A DNA stretch of 64,000 bases from Neophaeotheca triangularis (GCA_054600435.1 BAAIJX010000030.1:124001-188000); one strand, 5' to 3'. Positions 1 through 16,401 are shown, counted from the stretch's first letter. The notes: a model not told the origin generated them from the sequence alone. Translations and numbers: made by a program.

Positions 1-627
1 AACAAAAAAGCAAGCCATACCCAGACCAGAAATAAAACCCTGAGTCAACCAGATCAAGCCATAATTGCCGGAGTCGTAACTTCCATCACCACTGGCCAGA
101 CTCAACATGAAGCTTCCAATGGATAGGAGAACTGTTCCAGTGCATATGAGTGCACGGCTATGGCCAGCGTCTAGAAAACGACCGACGATGGCGGAAAGTG
201 CCAACACGACGAAAGATTGCGTCGAGCCGACCAGATTGAGAAGTAGAAGGTCCCGTCCCGGGAGTAAATGTTGCATGTAAAACGATTGGTATGTGCCGTA
301 CGTGTTGACGATACCCCAGCTATTGAACATGAGAAGGAAACCGCCGAACAGGCATGCGTACGGACGCCATCCTTTGGGCCAGGTTGGCTCGTCGTCTGTG
401 TAGCCAGTCGGTCTCTGTTCGAGATCTGCAGCGATATTCAACGACCGCATGGATGGTAGGGTGTCGGCGGTGTCACGACGCTTCATCGGACCGCGAGGGG
501 GTTCTGTCATTTCCGAAGGTGATACACTCATGATGCTCGATTGGCTGGATTGATCTGGCGTTGGGTTTGCTGAAGTTTTTCTGGATTCGTCGATGGACCC
601 GGCCTGCTTGCCTTCGCGAGGAGCCAT
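1..627 (-). CDS. MFS monocarboxylate-transporter family protein (MCH/MCT-like), 5' part; runs off the window start
   Basis: Manual translation, not in the ORF track because no stop lies in the window: MAPREGKQ...WPKGWRPYACLFGGFLLMFNSWGIVNTYGTYQSFY...LNLVGSTQSF...IVGRFLDAG...LTQGFISGLGMACFFV. The ATG sits in a CCACCATGG context. Confidence 0.85.
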   Translation of the reverse strand, partial: MAPREGKQAGSIDESRKTSANPTPDQSSQSSIMSVSPSEMTEPPRGPMKRRDTADTLPSMRSLNIAADLEQRPTGYTDDEPTWPKGWRPYACLFGGFLLMFNSWGIVNTYGTYQSFYMQHLLPGRDLLLLNLVGSTQSFVVLALSAIVGRFLDAGHSRALICTGTVLLSIGSFMLSLASGDGSYDSGNYGLIWLTQGFISGLGMACFFV

Positions 628-3600
628 GGTGGGTGACTGCGTAGCCTCTGGGCGCTCAGGGCTTGGACCTAAGCCTTGGTTGGCTGGTAATCGAAGTAGG
701 TGCGGTCAATGGAGGCAAGGTGCGATGATGTGTTATTTGTTTTCCGAGAAAGTAAGTCACAACTGAGGCTCGGTGCGAGGGGCCAGGTTAAGATATATCA
801 GGGAGATATCAGATTCGGTATCGAGATGAGTGGAAAAGTAACGTTTGATCGACATTTAAAGGTTACTTTCTTTGGTATGAGCACAAAGACATGCTGACCA
901 TAGAGACTCCACCGGAAACACGTATGGAACCGCACCATCCTCGTCTTCCCCACGCATCCATGCGGTAGGGACCGTCTTGTCGACGGGTTTGAAGCAAAGT
1001 TCCCTGTCGGACAGAGCGCGTAATGGTCCCATTTGTGACGCTAGTGTCGGCCGTGAGCTACATGCTTCGCAGCAACACCAATAGATTACAGTGGCATCAG
1101 CGGCTCGGTGAGTGTTGCAGCCGGCCGAGAGGGCGCAGTAAAGGGCGATGGCATTGAAGTGACCATGTCAAAGACCGTGTGGGTCCTTGCCAAGACGTGG
1201 GTTGAGGTTGAGACGTGACAGGACCCCAAAGGCCGCGATGAAAGATACCGGGGAGTCAGCACCGCCATGGTAGAAGACGCAAGATCGACCACGCCAAGGG
1301 GCTGGGCTAGATCAAGTGTTGCTACCCACGTCTTCTTATCTTGGGTCTGTACGAGCAAAGATTCGCCAAGGGACCTTGATGATGCGTTGCCTTGTAGTCA
1401 CGCATTAGGAGATACGGCGCTTTCATGGGCAGTCTGGGCGTGTTCTTGATTATTGTCTGTGATCAAGCCTGGAAACACCTTCGTCGTCGCGTGAGTGTTA
1501 CTGCTTGCTTCCGCTGAGGCAGGCTTGCACGGGAAATCACAGGGGCAGTCTCGCTTTCAGGTTGGTGCCGCCCGTAGTCGATCATTCAAAGCTATCATCA
1601 TCGTCGTCATCGTCGTCGTCGTCGGCGGCGGGACTGCCAGCTAGTGATGGCGGCGAGAGAGGTAGTGACTACAGGTAGCAGACGGTGGGGGAAGAAAGGA
1701 CGGGAGGATTGAGAGTACTAAGGTTGCCCTTCCGTCGAGAGGCTTGCTTGGCTGCAGGCAGCGATTGACGATCTTCCGGACCGAAGCGTCGACGACCCTT
1801 GCACGTTTCCGCTTAAACGGACACGCCACGCCCACCAAAAGGCTTCTGCATCGACCGTCTTTCGACCTCACCCACCTAGTAAGAAGGTACTATGTACCTT
1901 GGGTAAGGTAGCTTTTTTGACTTTCCCGCACGTTATCTTGGGATGCATTAATAATAATTGCGGTCGACAGTACTCACAGGCGTGGTGAGGCGGCAGGCCA
2001 CACACATCACAGCATGCACGTTGTCGACTGGTCCCGGCACTTGGACTGATATCAACCTTCTCACGGAGCGTCGATCGTTACCACGCTAAACATGATCAGT
2101 CCGAGAGGCTTCGGACGGGAGAGACTCCCACACATGGGGCTGGGTAGTACTAGCAAGCGTGCAGTGTCTCGACTCTCCCTCCGTGCCTCCAAACGTGACG
2201 CGGTCCTTCATCTTGGCACCGTCTCCGGTCCTTTCCCTCAGCATCATCACCTGGGGGCAATCGCAGCTCCGAACTGGCCTCCAAGATGGCGAGATCGACA
2301 GAACGTCTCACAGCCACATAGCCGCGCAACCTTGCCCGGAGGTGGCTCCTTCAAAGATCATGCTTCATCTTGTGATGGTCAGCCAGAAGGGAACCTGGAA
2401 GTGTCACGCTCGTCTCGAGACAACCGCCAAGGCCCACAAGTCACAGAACGCAACCCCGGGACTAGGAGTCGGTTTACTCAGCACCTCTCACCAGTGTGGG
2501 AATAGGTTAGGGACTCAGGGAGGCTGTGCAATCGAGGCTCCACCGTTCCCCCACGTCAAATGCATCAGGATTGGGGATCGGGAGGGTCAATGCGGCAAAA
2601 GTGCGGAGAGACGTGTCAGCTACGACAGCTGCCAAAACGTTCCAAAGTTGCCTGCGAAGGTCCCCTACTAGTAGCCAAGGCCCATCTTGTGACAATCTCA
2701 GACATTCCCCAAGACACCTCAGACTCTAGAGGAAACGAAGAATGTTACTAGAAGCCCGCAGGGAGGGTAGCATCTCCCCAGTTTGCCAGTTGCTGAAAAG
2801 CTGCCGTGGTGTGCCAGCTTCAGTAATAACAACATGACCACGATAAAAATACATGGATAGATATCATAGCGCAATCCGGCGGAGTTTCACTGACTCTGAA
2901 AGATCGGCAAGTAACGGCAGATCCCGGCTCGTCCATGTCGTCCAGTAGTCTACGCGGTGCCCAGCCTTTTCATCATCACCCACAAGGACCACAATCACAC
3001 ACCACCCCCCGTCGTTACCCCGTCGTTAATCCGTCCCAAATCTCCAATACCTACACATGAATGGATCCATGGAACTTTCCGACGACAACGTTCCAAAAGA
3101 TTGCCTTTCTTTCGAGAAACCCGCCACGGAACCTAAATTTGCTTTCCTCGAAGCCTGATCTACCTACACTTCCAAGCCGGACTTCTCCAGTGATCCAAAC
3201 TCAAAAGTCGGAAAAGAGGCACATGAGTCGCTCTTGTTAGTTGTGTTGTCAGTGAGCCACGGCCTTCTATCAAGATGTCAGGCAGATAAGAAGGTCGAAG
3301 GCCCCTCCTCCTCTCCCTCGCAATATCATGTGGCGCGTCTCCCCCTGGTTGTCCGCTTTACACGCCATGCCTCTCATCAAGTTTTCGCAATCAAAAAGGA
3401 ATGATGAATTGCGGATAGCGCGTCGGTCCTCATTGTGTCTTGACTTACTCAGGCCTACATTTCTCTTAGATTCCAAGGTAGTCAATGCCCAGAAGCGGAG
3501 GCGATCGCCAAAGCCAGACTACAACGAGCAGCCAGCCGAAAAAAGGAAGAAAGGTCTGAACAACTCCCTGTACAAGTAGTAGATAGCAGATCAGGTCTCG

Positions 3601-3930
3601 CCTCGCCGATCCATCCAGATCGCACTTGCCAAAAGCCCACTGGCAAAACCAAAGAAAACTCCCACTCCCCGTAATGCGCCTTAGACGCCCAGCGATTGGC
3701 AGTCAGCCTCTTCTGACTTGTTGGAGGGTAATGCACGCCCCACCAACAGTTCGAGCCCGGAGCAGCTCTCAGCACTTTGTTTCGTCCTGATCTTCTTACC
3801 GCTTCCTCCGGCTCCCTCGAGCTGCGAGGCCTCTTCATCTCGACATCGAGGTCGACACTCTTCCAGCCCAAAAGTAATGTGTGCACGCGTCGGAAGGGAC
3901 AGAGTCTTGCAGAAGGGTATATCAAACGCT

Positions 3931-4810
<880 letters not shown>

Positions 4811-5595
4811 TCTTTCTGTCCGTTCTGCCTACTAGCACGGATAGTCCCTGGTATCGTCTGGGTGTCTTCCTTTCCCGGTTTTTGGGAGGCGGCTGGCTCT
4901 TGCAATCAGAGTCCAGAGCAAAGGCGCGCTATCGTTCAGATCGTGTCTTTGTTGGCTAGACGTCAGAGCCCTGGTCTCAGGATTGTCGTAGGCGTTGCGC
5001 CTCGGAGCTCCTGGTGGTAAGGTCAAAGAGCTGACAAAGAAGTCGCGGGCGAGACAAGCGCAAGCAGTGCTACGCGTCGATTGTTATGCCGGTCGCTGAC
5101 ACTGTCGTTGAAGGCGGTGAATAGGGCAGAGGTGTCACGGGTGTTCGACGTGACGTGGATTGGTGATGTTGGCAGAGGGAGGTTGGGTCGTCGGAGTTGG
5201 GGGCGCAGGCAAGCATCAGACAAGCGGTTGCTGCAGCTGCCCCCCAGCCAGCGGGCGGTGATGTCGGCCGCCCCCCTCGGAGCTGGAGTGTTAGATGCCG
5301 ACGCCAAGATTCGGCTGTTTCACTGTTTCACGTGCGACGACTTGAAGTGAAGAGTGTATGATCGACGTCTCCGCTGTTCAAATCACGATATATAAACAAC
5401 CTTGAGATACGCTCAAACGATCATCTGGTCTTGAAATTGGCTAAGTTAACGTATACAAGATTATTTTGCCCACCTTACTGCGACGCAAAAAGCAAGAAAC
5501 ACTCCACGCTTTTCGAACGCTCACCGCAATCGACCCGGGTATCGTTTCCACGCTAGATCACTCCACACCAAATGCAGTAACAAGACAATATCAAA

Positions 5596-7632
5596 TCAGA
5601 ACCACCTGGCATACGCCCACCTGATGCGCTCAGCCACTTTTCGCTGCTTATCGATGCCTGTGCGCACATCCACCAACTCCTCCACCTCCTCCACAAACTC
5701 CCTATAGATTTGCGACGGCATTGTGTGTCCAGCAGTCTGTCGCAGTAGATGCGCCTCGCAAAGCAAGAGGCCTTGATCTTTGTAGAACAACTCCCCAAAG
5801 TCGGTCGGTGTGCTGTTCGTCAGGATACGATCGATGTTTCTCAACTGTCTGACCAGCTTGCCTTGCTTCTGCGCGGCTTTTGAGCCTCGTTTCTCCACCA
5901 GATTAGAGCGTATCCAGCTGCCGAGGAAGTAGGTAACGAGAATGCCTGGCGTGAGACCGACAAAGCCAAAAACGAGCTCTTGCGATTTCAACAGGGAGTC
6001 GATGCCGCCCATTGCAACTTCGACGTCGACCTTGGTCTTCTGTATTTGAATCAATAGTGCGCGGATGAGGTTGCCTCGTGCTGCGCCCATGAATGGTGAC
6101 TGCAAGTCCTTTTCGTAAGCCTTGAGTACGGGTGTCAGGTCCCCTTCTCGGACCTTGGCTCGTATGTCTGCGATCTGTGGTTCGGTGAGTGGAGCTGAAG
6201 TGCCTGTAGCGTTGATCGGATTGTCGACGGCGAAATCTACAACCATTCGTTCGAGGCTATCGCGATCACCTTCGAGACTTCGTTTCGACATTATGCTGAC
6301 TTCGCTGCCTTCGTCGTGTCTGATTGTTTTGATAACTTGTCTTGTCGGCTCGATGACCCAGTTTCTCCAAAAGTCGATCAAAGTTGCGCCGAGATCCTGA
6401 ACCCATTGCAGTATTTCGGCTTTGCGATTGACGACGATGCGCAGGACTGTACTAGAAGAGAGAACGCCGACAGCGACGGGCAGCCAATACCGTATCAGTC
6501 GAGACGGCTTTCCGTGCCTAGTCGCCAGCTCTCGCGACGCTTTGGCGTATTCGGGCATGGCTAACGCAAGCACCCTCGTCAGTCTCTCGGCAACAGCTTG
6601 CGGCAATACAGACACGGCCGCCCCTTCGTCTGCCTCTCTGTACACCTGAGCTTCGAACAAGGGATCCTCGTCGGTCAATTCAGCAACAGCCGCATCGAAC
6701 TTCTCGACAGGCGTCTCTTCATCATTGGCCTTTACCAGCACCGCCTCCATCAAAGCAACATTGTGAGCCACAGCAGCCTTCCATTTATGCTGAGCATCCG
6801 CTGCCGACGGGCTCGCGAAACCGCTACCGTGAATGCTATCATTCGCCAAGCCCTCTCCCAGCAACACCCCCAAAGCATTCGCATCTCTCAGCCTGCCCTT
6901 CTTCAAAACCGACTGTTTCCGTCGCATCTCAGCCCTTAGCTTGGTCACCGGACCCACGGCCTGCCTCTGCAATTCTACCAAACTCCGTTCCTTGACCACC
7001 TGCTTAACCAAGCCGTAGAACTCGCTCCAGCTCTGGCTGAGACTATCAGTGGCATCCCTTCTCGCACCGCTGAAACTGAAATTGCCCCCGCGCGCTCTGA
7101 CATCCTGCCACACATCACTACCCCACTCCCATAACCGCAGAGGTGAGGTCTGTAAGCTGTAGAGTGCCGTATACCTCCTTGAGCTAAGGAGCTCGTCCCA
7201 GTACCATATATCATCCGCCAGCGCTACAGTTTCTTCCAAAATACCACTGACTACAATGCCATAAACTTGGGTGGTGGCTTTAGAAACAAGTAGCCATTCC
7301 AGATCTTTTTCGTAGTCGCTTGTGGGAGTCGAGTCCTCAGGCCCTTCAGTAACCGCCGCGTCTGCGGTTGGCTCGGTGGAGAGGGCTGAGAGAAGGGTTT
7401 CGATTTGGTCGGGCTTGAGTATGGCTTTGGTGCTGCTGCTCGGGGAGAGGCCTCTTACGGCGGCGAGTAACGCGGCGACTCTGGGCGTGATGGTAGGCTG
7501 TGGTCCGGATTGCTGCCTCGCCAGTGCAGAGTGTTCTCGGTCAGTTGAAGCTGTCGAGGTTGGCAAGCTCGCGAGCTGAAGGCGGTTGAGCTGCGCGTCG
7601 ATGCGGTGGCATTGATCGAGAACGAAGCTCAT
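5596..7632 (-). CDS. NCA2: Nuclear control of ATPase protein 2 (Nca2 family)
   Basis: 678-aa ORF with REGDLTPVLKAYEKDLQSPF...LIRALLIQIQKTKVDVEVAMGGIDSLLKSQELVFGFVGLTPG, typical of Nca2. Confidence 0.9.
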   Translation of the reverse strand: MSFVLDQCHRIDAQLNRLQLASLPTSTASTDREHSALARQQSGPQPTITPRVAALLAAVRGLSPSSSTKAILKPDQIETLLSALSTEPTADAAVTEGPEDSTPTSDYEKDLEWLLVSKATTQVYGIVVSGILEETVALADDIWYWDELLSSRRYTALYSLQTSPLRLWEWGSDVWQDVRARGGNFSFSGARRDATDSLSQSWSEFYGLVKQVVKERSLVELQRQAVGPVTKLRAEMRRKQSVLKKGRLRDANALGVLLGEGLANDSIHGSGFASPSAADAQHKWKAAVAHNVALMEAVLVKANDEETPVEKFDAAVAELTDEDPLFEAQVYREADEGAAVSVLPQAVAERLTRVLALAMPEYAKASRELATRHGKPSRLIRYWLPVAVGVLSSSTVLRIVVNRKAEILQWVQDLGATLIDFWRNWVIEPTRQVIKTIRHDEGSEVSIMSKRSLEGDRDSLERMVVDFAVDNPINATGTSAPLTEPQIADIRAKVREGDLTPVLKAYEKDLQSPFMGAARGNLIRALLIQIQKTKVDVEVAMGGIDSLLKSQELVFGFVGLTPGILVTYFLGSWIRSNLVEKRGSKAAQKQGKLVRQLRNIDRILTNSTPTDFGELFYKDQGLLLCEAHLLRQTAGHTMPSQIYREFVEEVEELVDVRTGIDKQRKVAERIRWAYARWF

Positions 7633-8828
7633 GATGGCTGAGGTATATCGACAATCCTCGCCGGTGAGCCTGGGAGTTGGTCAAGCGGCTGTAACGTTCT
7701 GTAGCTGTCGTTGCCGTTGGGTGTTCCAAGGTTGAGACGAGGGAGAAACAGGCTGAGGATGACGTCGGAAGTATGTAGTACCTGAGGTGCAGGGCTGTTT
7801 CTGTTTCTGACGGTCGGGGCGGCTGCGACGGAGAAGTTCGTGGCATTAATATTGATTGTGCTTGTCAACTACCTCGACGCAACAACAGTAATAATAATGG
7901 TCAATCGACTTGAAACAACATCAATCAGTAACGGCTCCAGGGAAGTTTTGGTTTTGTACGCGCAAATCGCTATCGAGACGTCTCAATAAGGACTCCCGAC
8001 TAACTACCTTCTAAGCCCCTGGATTATATAGGTTATACCGAAATGCCTCCTAGGCTCCCACTGCCTACCAATCCTGCCTGCTTCACAGAAGACCCGACAA
8101 CTTCTTGACTTTAGCATCTACTAGTACCTTGCAGACACATTCATTACTTCCAACATACCTCCTCAAGCCGTAGCTCATCGGTTCACTCTTATGCAATTTA
8201 CTGTTATTATCGAGGCTGACCAGGAAGATGCCTTGGCACTTTTCTTCAAAACTCCTCGGGCGCTCAGTGTGATCGCCCACTCTCTGGCTTCGATCAGTTT
8301 CAGCGGGTGCGGCGGCGACGTGGTCGACATCCTCACCGCCAGACAGCACGGCTGTGCGCGCCCCATCAAGTGGATTGCTGCCCATCTGGGTACCCATAGT
8401 CCATCTCTTCCACCTCTCAGGTTGCCGCCTAAAGCGCTGGTTCTACATAAGATACTCGAAACGGCAAGTAGCGACAGTGAGCTTTCTTTCAAGGATTATG
8501 TGTCTCCGTTGCGATCCCGATCAACGTGGTGTAAACCGCCTATCCAGCTTCATCACAATAACCGCTGGCCGTTGGCTCCACGGAGTACTGTATGTATATG
8601 TTCTCCTATGCGCAGCATCGTCATTAGTATTTCACTCCGCGCTCTCACAATCTGTCCCCTCATATAAGCCCCTGCCTATCCAGAGCACTCAACCGCTTGC
8701 CTCTTCTACAGCGACATATCAGAGACCAAAGGCCCCTCCGACACAACCACTACTCGCTCGCAATCCGCTCTCCCGCCATCCGCTGCTTCTCCAAGACTCC
8801 AACCGAAACCTTCCCGGGTCTCACCAAA

Positions 8829-9334
8829 ATGCGTCTCACGTCCGTCCTCGCTGCTTCCCTTACGGCCCTAACCCTCACCTCCGCCATGCCCGTACAGCCA
8901 CGTCAGGAGGCAAACTGTTCTGTTTCAAATTCAAGCTCATCTGCTGGGGGTGCCCTAGGCCGCCTTCTGCGAGGAAACAAAGCCTCCGCTAGCGCGTGCG
9001 CAAACGGTAGCGGTAGCGAGAGTTCGAGCCGGGTTCAGTGTAGTAAGTGGTGCCCTTTAGAAGAACCCCCATTTTCACAATTGAGTCCGGGACGGCGAAA
9101 ATACCTGGGAGCCAGGATTGCAGATTCGGAAACCATGCAGGAAGCCCCGAAGCCTTGCGCTCGGGAGAACGACTTTACAATGTTTGCTTTTGAACTGACT
9201 AGGTCTTAGATTCTCTTCTTTCGCGTGTAGGCCTCGCCGGTTGCTCATCTAGTTCATCGTCATCGTCCGACAACGGCGCGTCTTCTTCCTCCTCGAGCTC
9301 GGGAGGGCTTGTTGGCCGTGAAGGGTACGAATAA
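8829..9334 (+). CDS. Small secreted Ser/Gly-rich protein with 4 Cys; intron 9043-9209 (alternative in-frame acceptor at 9230)
   Basis: Signal-peptide-like MRLTSVLAASLTALTLTSAMP; donor TGT A|GTAAGT; branch ACTGAC at about 9194; exon 2 NSLLSRVGLAGCSSSSSSSDNGASSSSSSSGGLVGREGYE*. Confidence 0.65.
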
Positions 9335-10097
9335 TGAATTCAGCCTCCGGTGCAAATGATGAGTGGAATCTGCAAGAAGCGAAAAAGTGTCAGGACGGTT
9401 TGGAGAAGGCCAAAACTCCCATCCCACAACATCAACCTCGAATGTCGATAACATGAGTCAAGACCAAAAGATGCAAAAGTCAAATCCAACCCGCGTGCTG
9501 CTGCGAGATCCACTTCCGCCCATCTTGACTTTCTGGCAAGACCACAACCTCGCGAATCGCTTTTGTCGAAATTTTCAGACGCCAACGGGTAAACGGCCTT
9601 GCATCGCGGGTGATGATGAAGAGTGTAATCGGTAAATTCAAAAATCTTGAACTTGTACCTCTCGCCTTTTGCCTCCCGAAAACATTCGCTCAGAGAGCAA
9701 GCACCTTCATCAACAACTAGCAGGTGAAAGGAAAGGTAGGGCAGAGCGATTCTACGTGGCCTCCCATTCTCAACCTGCGTTTTCGTCCCTGGATAAGAGT
9801 GGGAAAATGCAAAGTGCGATAGAACAGAGGTAATGCTAAGTTTCCGGCAGAGAGTAAAGTCAAAAGAGTTCGCATCGGTGGTCCCTCCAGAAGAATCGTC
9901 ATCAAGCATCTTCCCTTTCTCGAGCAAGATACAAAACTACACAAAAGTCAAGAAATCTCCCCTCTTTACTCCCACAATCCCACCACCCAACAGGAAACAC
10001 ACCCCAACCCAACACTCTCAAGCCCCAAAAAAGAAAACCCCGCTCTCACCCCCCCAGACCAAAAAGAAAACCCGCCCACCCAAACCCCCCCCCCACA

Positions 10098-10769
10098 ATG
10101 CACCTCACCTCTCTCACAACCACCAGCCTCCCCCTCCTGACCCTCCTAGCCCACCCAATCACCGCCCTCCCGCTCCTCCAAAACCGCGGCCAAAACCCCC
10201 CAAAAACAACCACGCACACCACTCTCAGCGGCCTCCTCAACGGCCTAACAACCAGCGGGACCTCGAGCGCCGCCGCCGCAGCGGGCCAAAGCTCCAGCAC
10301 CAGCTCGAGCGAGTGTAGTACGTAGCGCGAACCCACCCACCCACTCACCTTTCGGCGCAAACGCGCACCCGGGCCAAAACACGCAGTAGCGGGGCTTTCG
10401 TGGATTGTTTTTTTGAGATGAGCGAGAACACGAGACTGACGGAGCGTTCGGGGGACGATAGATCTTTTGACTTGCGCGACTTCGGCTGCGGCGGGGAATG
10501 GCGAGGGGACTTCTAGTAGTGCGAGTGGCGGGGATTTGATCGATGCTGATGGGGTTGTTGGGGGAGTTGTTGGGGTTTTGCCTGGGGTGGATGGGGATGC
10601 TTTGGTCGAGGGGTATGAGGGGGAGGGAAGCGGTGCGGGTTTTCCTGTGGATGGGGAGGGGGGTTGGAAGTGTGGGTGGGAGAGTAAAGGGGAGAGCGAT
10701 GGGGGCGGGGTGGAGTGGGTGCGGTTGTTTTGTTGGAGGGAGAAGGGGGAGGAGGAGGGGAGTGATTGA
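10098..10769 (+). CDS. Small secreted Ser/Gly-rich protein, paralog of 8829-9334; intron 10318-10461
   Basis: Signal-peptide-like MHLTSLTTTSLPLLTLLAHPITALP; donor TGT A|GTACGT; branch ACTGAC 10435-10440; acceptor ATAG. The intron joins ORF 10098 to ORF 10467-10769. Confidence 0.7.
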
Positions 10770-11402
10770 ATGCAAGCTGGAGAGGGAGTGGTTGGAGGGA
10801 GTGAATTGAAGAAATTGAAGGCGGTAGTTGAAATGGCGATCTTTTGGAGCAAAGGGGCCGTTGGGCATGGGTGTCTCTAGGCTGTTACGGTGAAGTTGAA
10901 TCTGCCTGGTTGTTTCCGAAGACCAGCGGGCCGTGGTTGGATCTTTTCACCTTCCTGTTGCACTTGTCTCTCAAGTCCTGTATCATATCATAACACTCAC
11001 ACTGAAACCCAAACGAAAGTCTTCTGCCTAAAGGAAAAAAGAAAGCAGACATTATCTACCTTTTCTTTTCACTTCTCGAGCTGCGAAAGAGCTCTAGAAG
11101 ATCTTCTATCGTTCTCTTTAGTACACGCTTGCTCGCAAAGAAAAAAAAATAAAAGACTCCCGCTAATCGACAGCAACGACTCAACGAGAAAATCTTCAGA
11201 TCTTCCTTTTCCTTTCCTCTACAATCCAACTAGGCCAGTCAATTCAATCAATCAAGACGCCCTCACAGCGCCGTCGCAATGCAAAAATAGCAGCAAAGCA
11301 GCGAAGGCACATCATAGCCTCTCCTCTTCTTATCCACATTGCCTACCCCATCATATCAAAGACCGACGACGCTCTCGAACAAATTCAACCTCTTAAAATC
11401 CT

Positions 11403-12512
11403 CTACTGCGCCTTCCTAACACTCGCCAACTTCTTCTCACGCCTCCTCTTAGCCGCCTCAGGTCCACTCTCAGTATCCAAGAGGTAGTCCCACCAGCGGA
11501 ACGAACTCGCGTAGTTGCCAACAAACTTCTCATGGTGAGTGTCGTGGTGATCAGCGCCAGCCCAGAAAGGCAAAAAGTGGTGCAAACTCCACGGGAACTC
11601 GTAACCGCTGTGCGCGTCGATGGCTTGGAAGAGGCGCAGCATGATCCACACGTACATGGTGACGATGTGCAAGTCCTTTGTAATGGCGCACCAGGCAATG
11701 GGACTGCTGACGGTGCCGATGCCGAGGATCATGACTTCGATGGGCGAAGCGTATTCGGCGGCCAGGCCGAAGGGGGCCGAGTATTGGTGGTGGATTTTGT
11801 GAATGTTTTTGTAGAGAGGCCCCCAGTGCAAGGCGCGGTGCATCCAGTAGTGCCAGGTGTCTTCCAAGACGAAGAAGATGGCGATTTGGTAGGCCATTTT
11901 CCAGATGGGTGGGAATGGAACGCCGGTCGCAAGACCGCAGTAGACGGCCATGGGGTGGAAGAGCCAGATTTGCGGGAGTTCGACGGTGAAATGGGAGAGG
12001 AGGACGAGTTTGGCGCATTGCCATTGCTCTTGCGCGGTGGGGACTTTTTGCTGAAAGACACGAAGAGAGGTCGTCAGTATGGGTTTGCGCTAGACAGGGC
12101 ATGTTTGATGGGCCAGGGGTTCTCCAACTCACGTTCTGAATCTTGTACTTGTTCAACGCCGGTATGCGATCGATAATCATCCACGGCAGGCTGCGACCGA
12201 AGTACACCAACTCGTGCATGAGGAAGCTTATGATGCCCGTAGCGAGGATGTCGTTGCCCATGTAAGCGTACCAGGCAGCCCACAAACGCTCGAGGTAGTT
12301 GAGCTGAACATTGTACTTTGAGATTTGCTCGAATTCGTGCCAGTAGGTATTGGTGGTGTGCGGCAGCATGACATCTGCGAGGGTGTTGGTCGAGTTGTTG
12401 CTGGAGCAAGAGTGTGTCAGCGAGCCTGAAGATCGCGTGCCAACTTGGGTCTTTGCCTGCATATCAGTAGTACTTACACCCAATCCATGCTCAAAGTCAT
12501 GGGGGAGGCCAT
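11403..12512 (-). CDS. ERG25: C-4 methylsterol oxidase; exons 12512-12478, 12400-12133, 12050-11403
   Basis: His boxes [65 protein letters not shown]. Introns restore the frame. Confidence 0.95.
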
Positions 12513-12646
12513 GTTCAGCCCCTGTAGCCGGCGGGGTCGATCAAAAGTGTGTACGGGAGAAGCGGCGACAGCTGCAAGAAAGAACGTTGGGGGGTGTGGG
12601 AGAGGGAATGGATGTGTATGGAGGAGAAGTGGTAGGTTGAGAGGAA

Positions 12647-12672
12647 GAGAGAGAGAGAGAGAGGGAGAGAGA
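12647..12672. repeat. (GA)n microsatellite, a CT-rich tract in the ERG25 leader/promoter
   Basis: gagagagagagagagggagagaga. Confidence 0.85.
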
Positions 12673-12882
12673 TTGTGAAGAGTGAAAACGCAAGGGAGGG
12701 GGTTGGAGGTAGAGAGGAAGAGAGAAAGGGTGGTCCCGTTTCTCAATCAACAACAATGAAATGGCGAATGGCGAATGGCGGCGAATAATCGACAGCTGCA
12801 GGGCTTAGTACCCGTAGTCTCGTCGTACGTTAACTTACCTCTTTTAACTCCACTCAGCGAGCAGCGAGCCAGGGTCCAAAAA

Positions 12883-12892
12883 CTCGTATGAT
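12883..12892 (-). promoter_or_regulatory. Candidate sterol-response element upstream of ERG25
   Basis: CTCGTATGAT (reverse ATCATACGAG) about 370 nt upstream of the ERG25 ATG. It resembles the TCGTAT core of fungal sterol-regulator sites (Upc2/SrbA type). Short motif, so a chance match is possible. Confidence 0.4.
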
Positions 12893-13733
12893 CTTGCTAT
12901 AAACGCCAAGACGGCACCCACTCGTCTACCAACTGAATTCACTCACATCAAGGTAAGCTTAAAATCACATCCATCTCCTCCACCATCGACCCACCTCATT
13001 ATTCTCTACACCTTACGATAACAACAATCGATAAACATTCCATTTCCACCCCCCAACACGTGATGGTGGCGTTTCACTAGCAAACCTCCACTGTCCCGTC
13101 CACTTGGTGGTGGCGAGATGCGTCACACAATCACTCACTACATACTTCCACCGGGAGGCGGGGACCAACACTTTGGTCTCCCGTCCCGATTCATCATCTA
13201 GGACTGAGTGATGAAGAAAACGGGCCAGCCCTTATGTATCGTATCATGTACATCTGCATGCCACAATTCACCTCTCCAAGCCAGCCACTCGCCAAGGCCC
13301 ATTCGCCGGTAATCTATGGCAGCCCTACATAAACCGCGTCGACTCCCTCTCGGGCCACCATTACGAACGAGGGGGCACTCACTGATCAAAGACACTGTCG
13401 ACCAACATGGAGGGAATTCATGCAAACGTATGGACAGGTCGTATTCGTTTTGATCATCAGTCGGGACTTGCGGCCCAGCTGTCGATAACAAAAAAGTCGC
13501 TGTGCTTTCCACTGCACTCCATCTCTGCAACCAGCCTCCTTTTCTCCCCCTCTCCGCTGCAGTACGAGACCGACAGAGAAGGGAGAAGGGAAAAAGTGCT
13601 TCACATTCCCCCCGCCTGCACACTGCCCTATTTCGTCTTGTAGTTCAAAATCGCCCGCCAGGCACTAAGGATGGCCGGCCGACGAAAAGTTTCCACGCGA
13701 CTTTCAGCAACGACAGCACCTTCCATCTTCCCC

Positions 13734-16082
<2,349 letters not shown>

Positions 16083-16401
16083 GGTGAAGCAGTCGACGTC
16101 GATCGGGGTGCAGGTGAAGTCAAGTGTCGCGCGGGATTTGCTAAGGAAAGCGGGCCGAAGGGTGCCCAGTTGCAGCGTAGCGTTCAGGGACGGGCACTGA
16201 CGGGCGAGTAGCAGTGGAGGAAATGCGGCGGCGGTGGAGCGGTGCCAGCAGCCAGTAGTAGTCACTTGTGTCCACTGCCAGCATGCGGGAGAGAGAAAGG
16301 GGGAAGTAGTAGTGTCGATGACGGGTGCCGAGGTGGGTGGGCAAAAAGTCAATAGAAGTTGCAAGGTAGCCCGGGAGTAGTAGTAGCAATTGGAGAAAGT
16401 A

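Noticed and set aside
1000..3600. Several overlapping 60-170 aa ORFs (e.g. 2092-2505, 2159-2671)
   Set aside because: No recognisable motifs, codon bias or coherent splice structure; probably intergenic or UTR between the MFS gene and SEC4.
9833..10868. Long Pro-rich ORFs 9833-10318, 10046-10852, 10245-10868
   Set aside because: Artefacts of the extreme C/G skew; the spliced secreted-protein model explains the locus.
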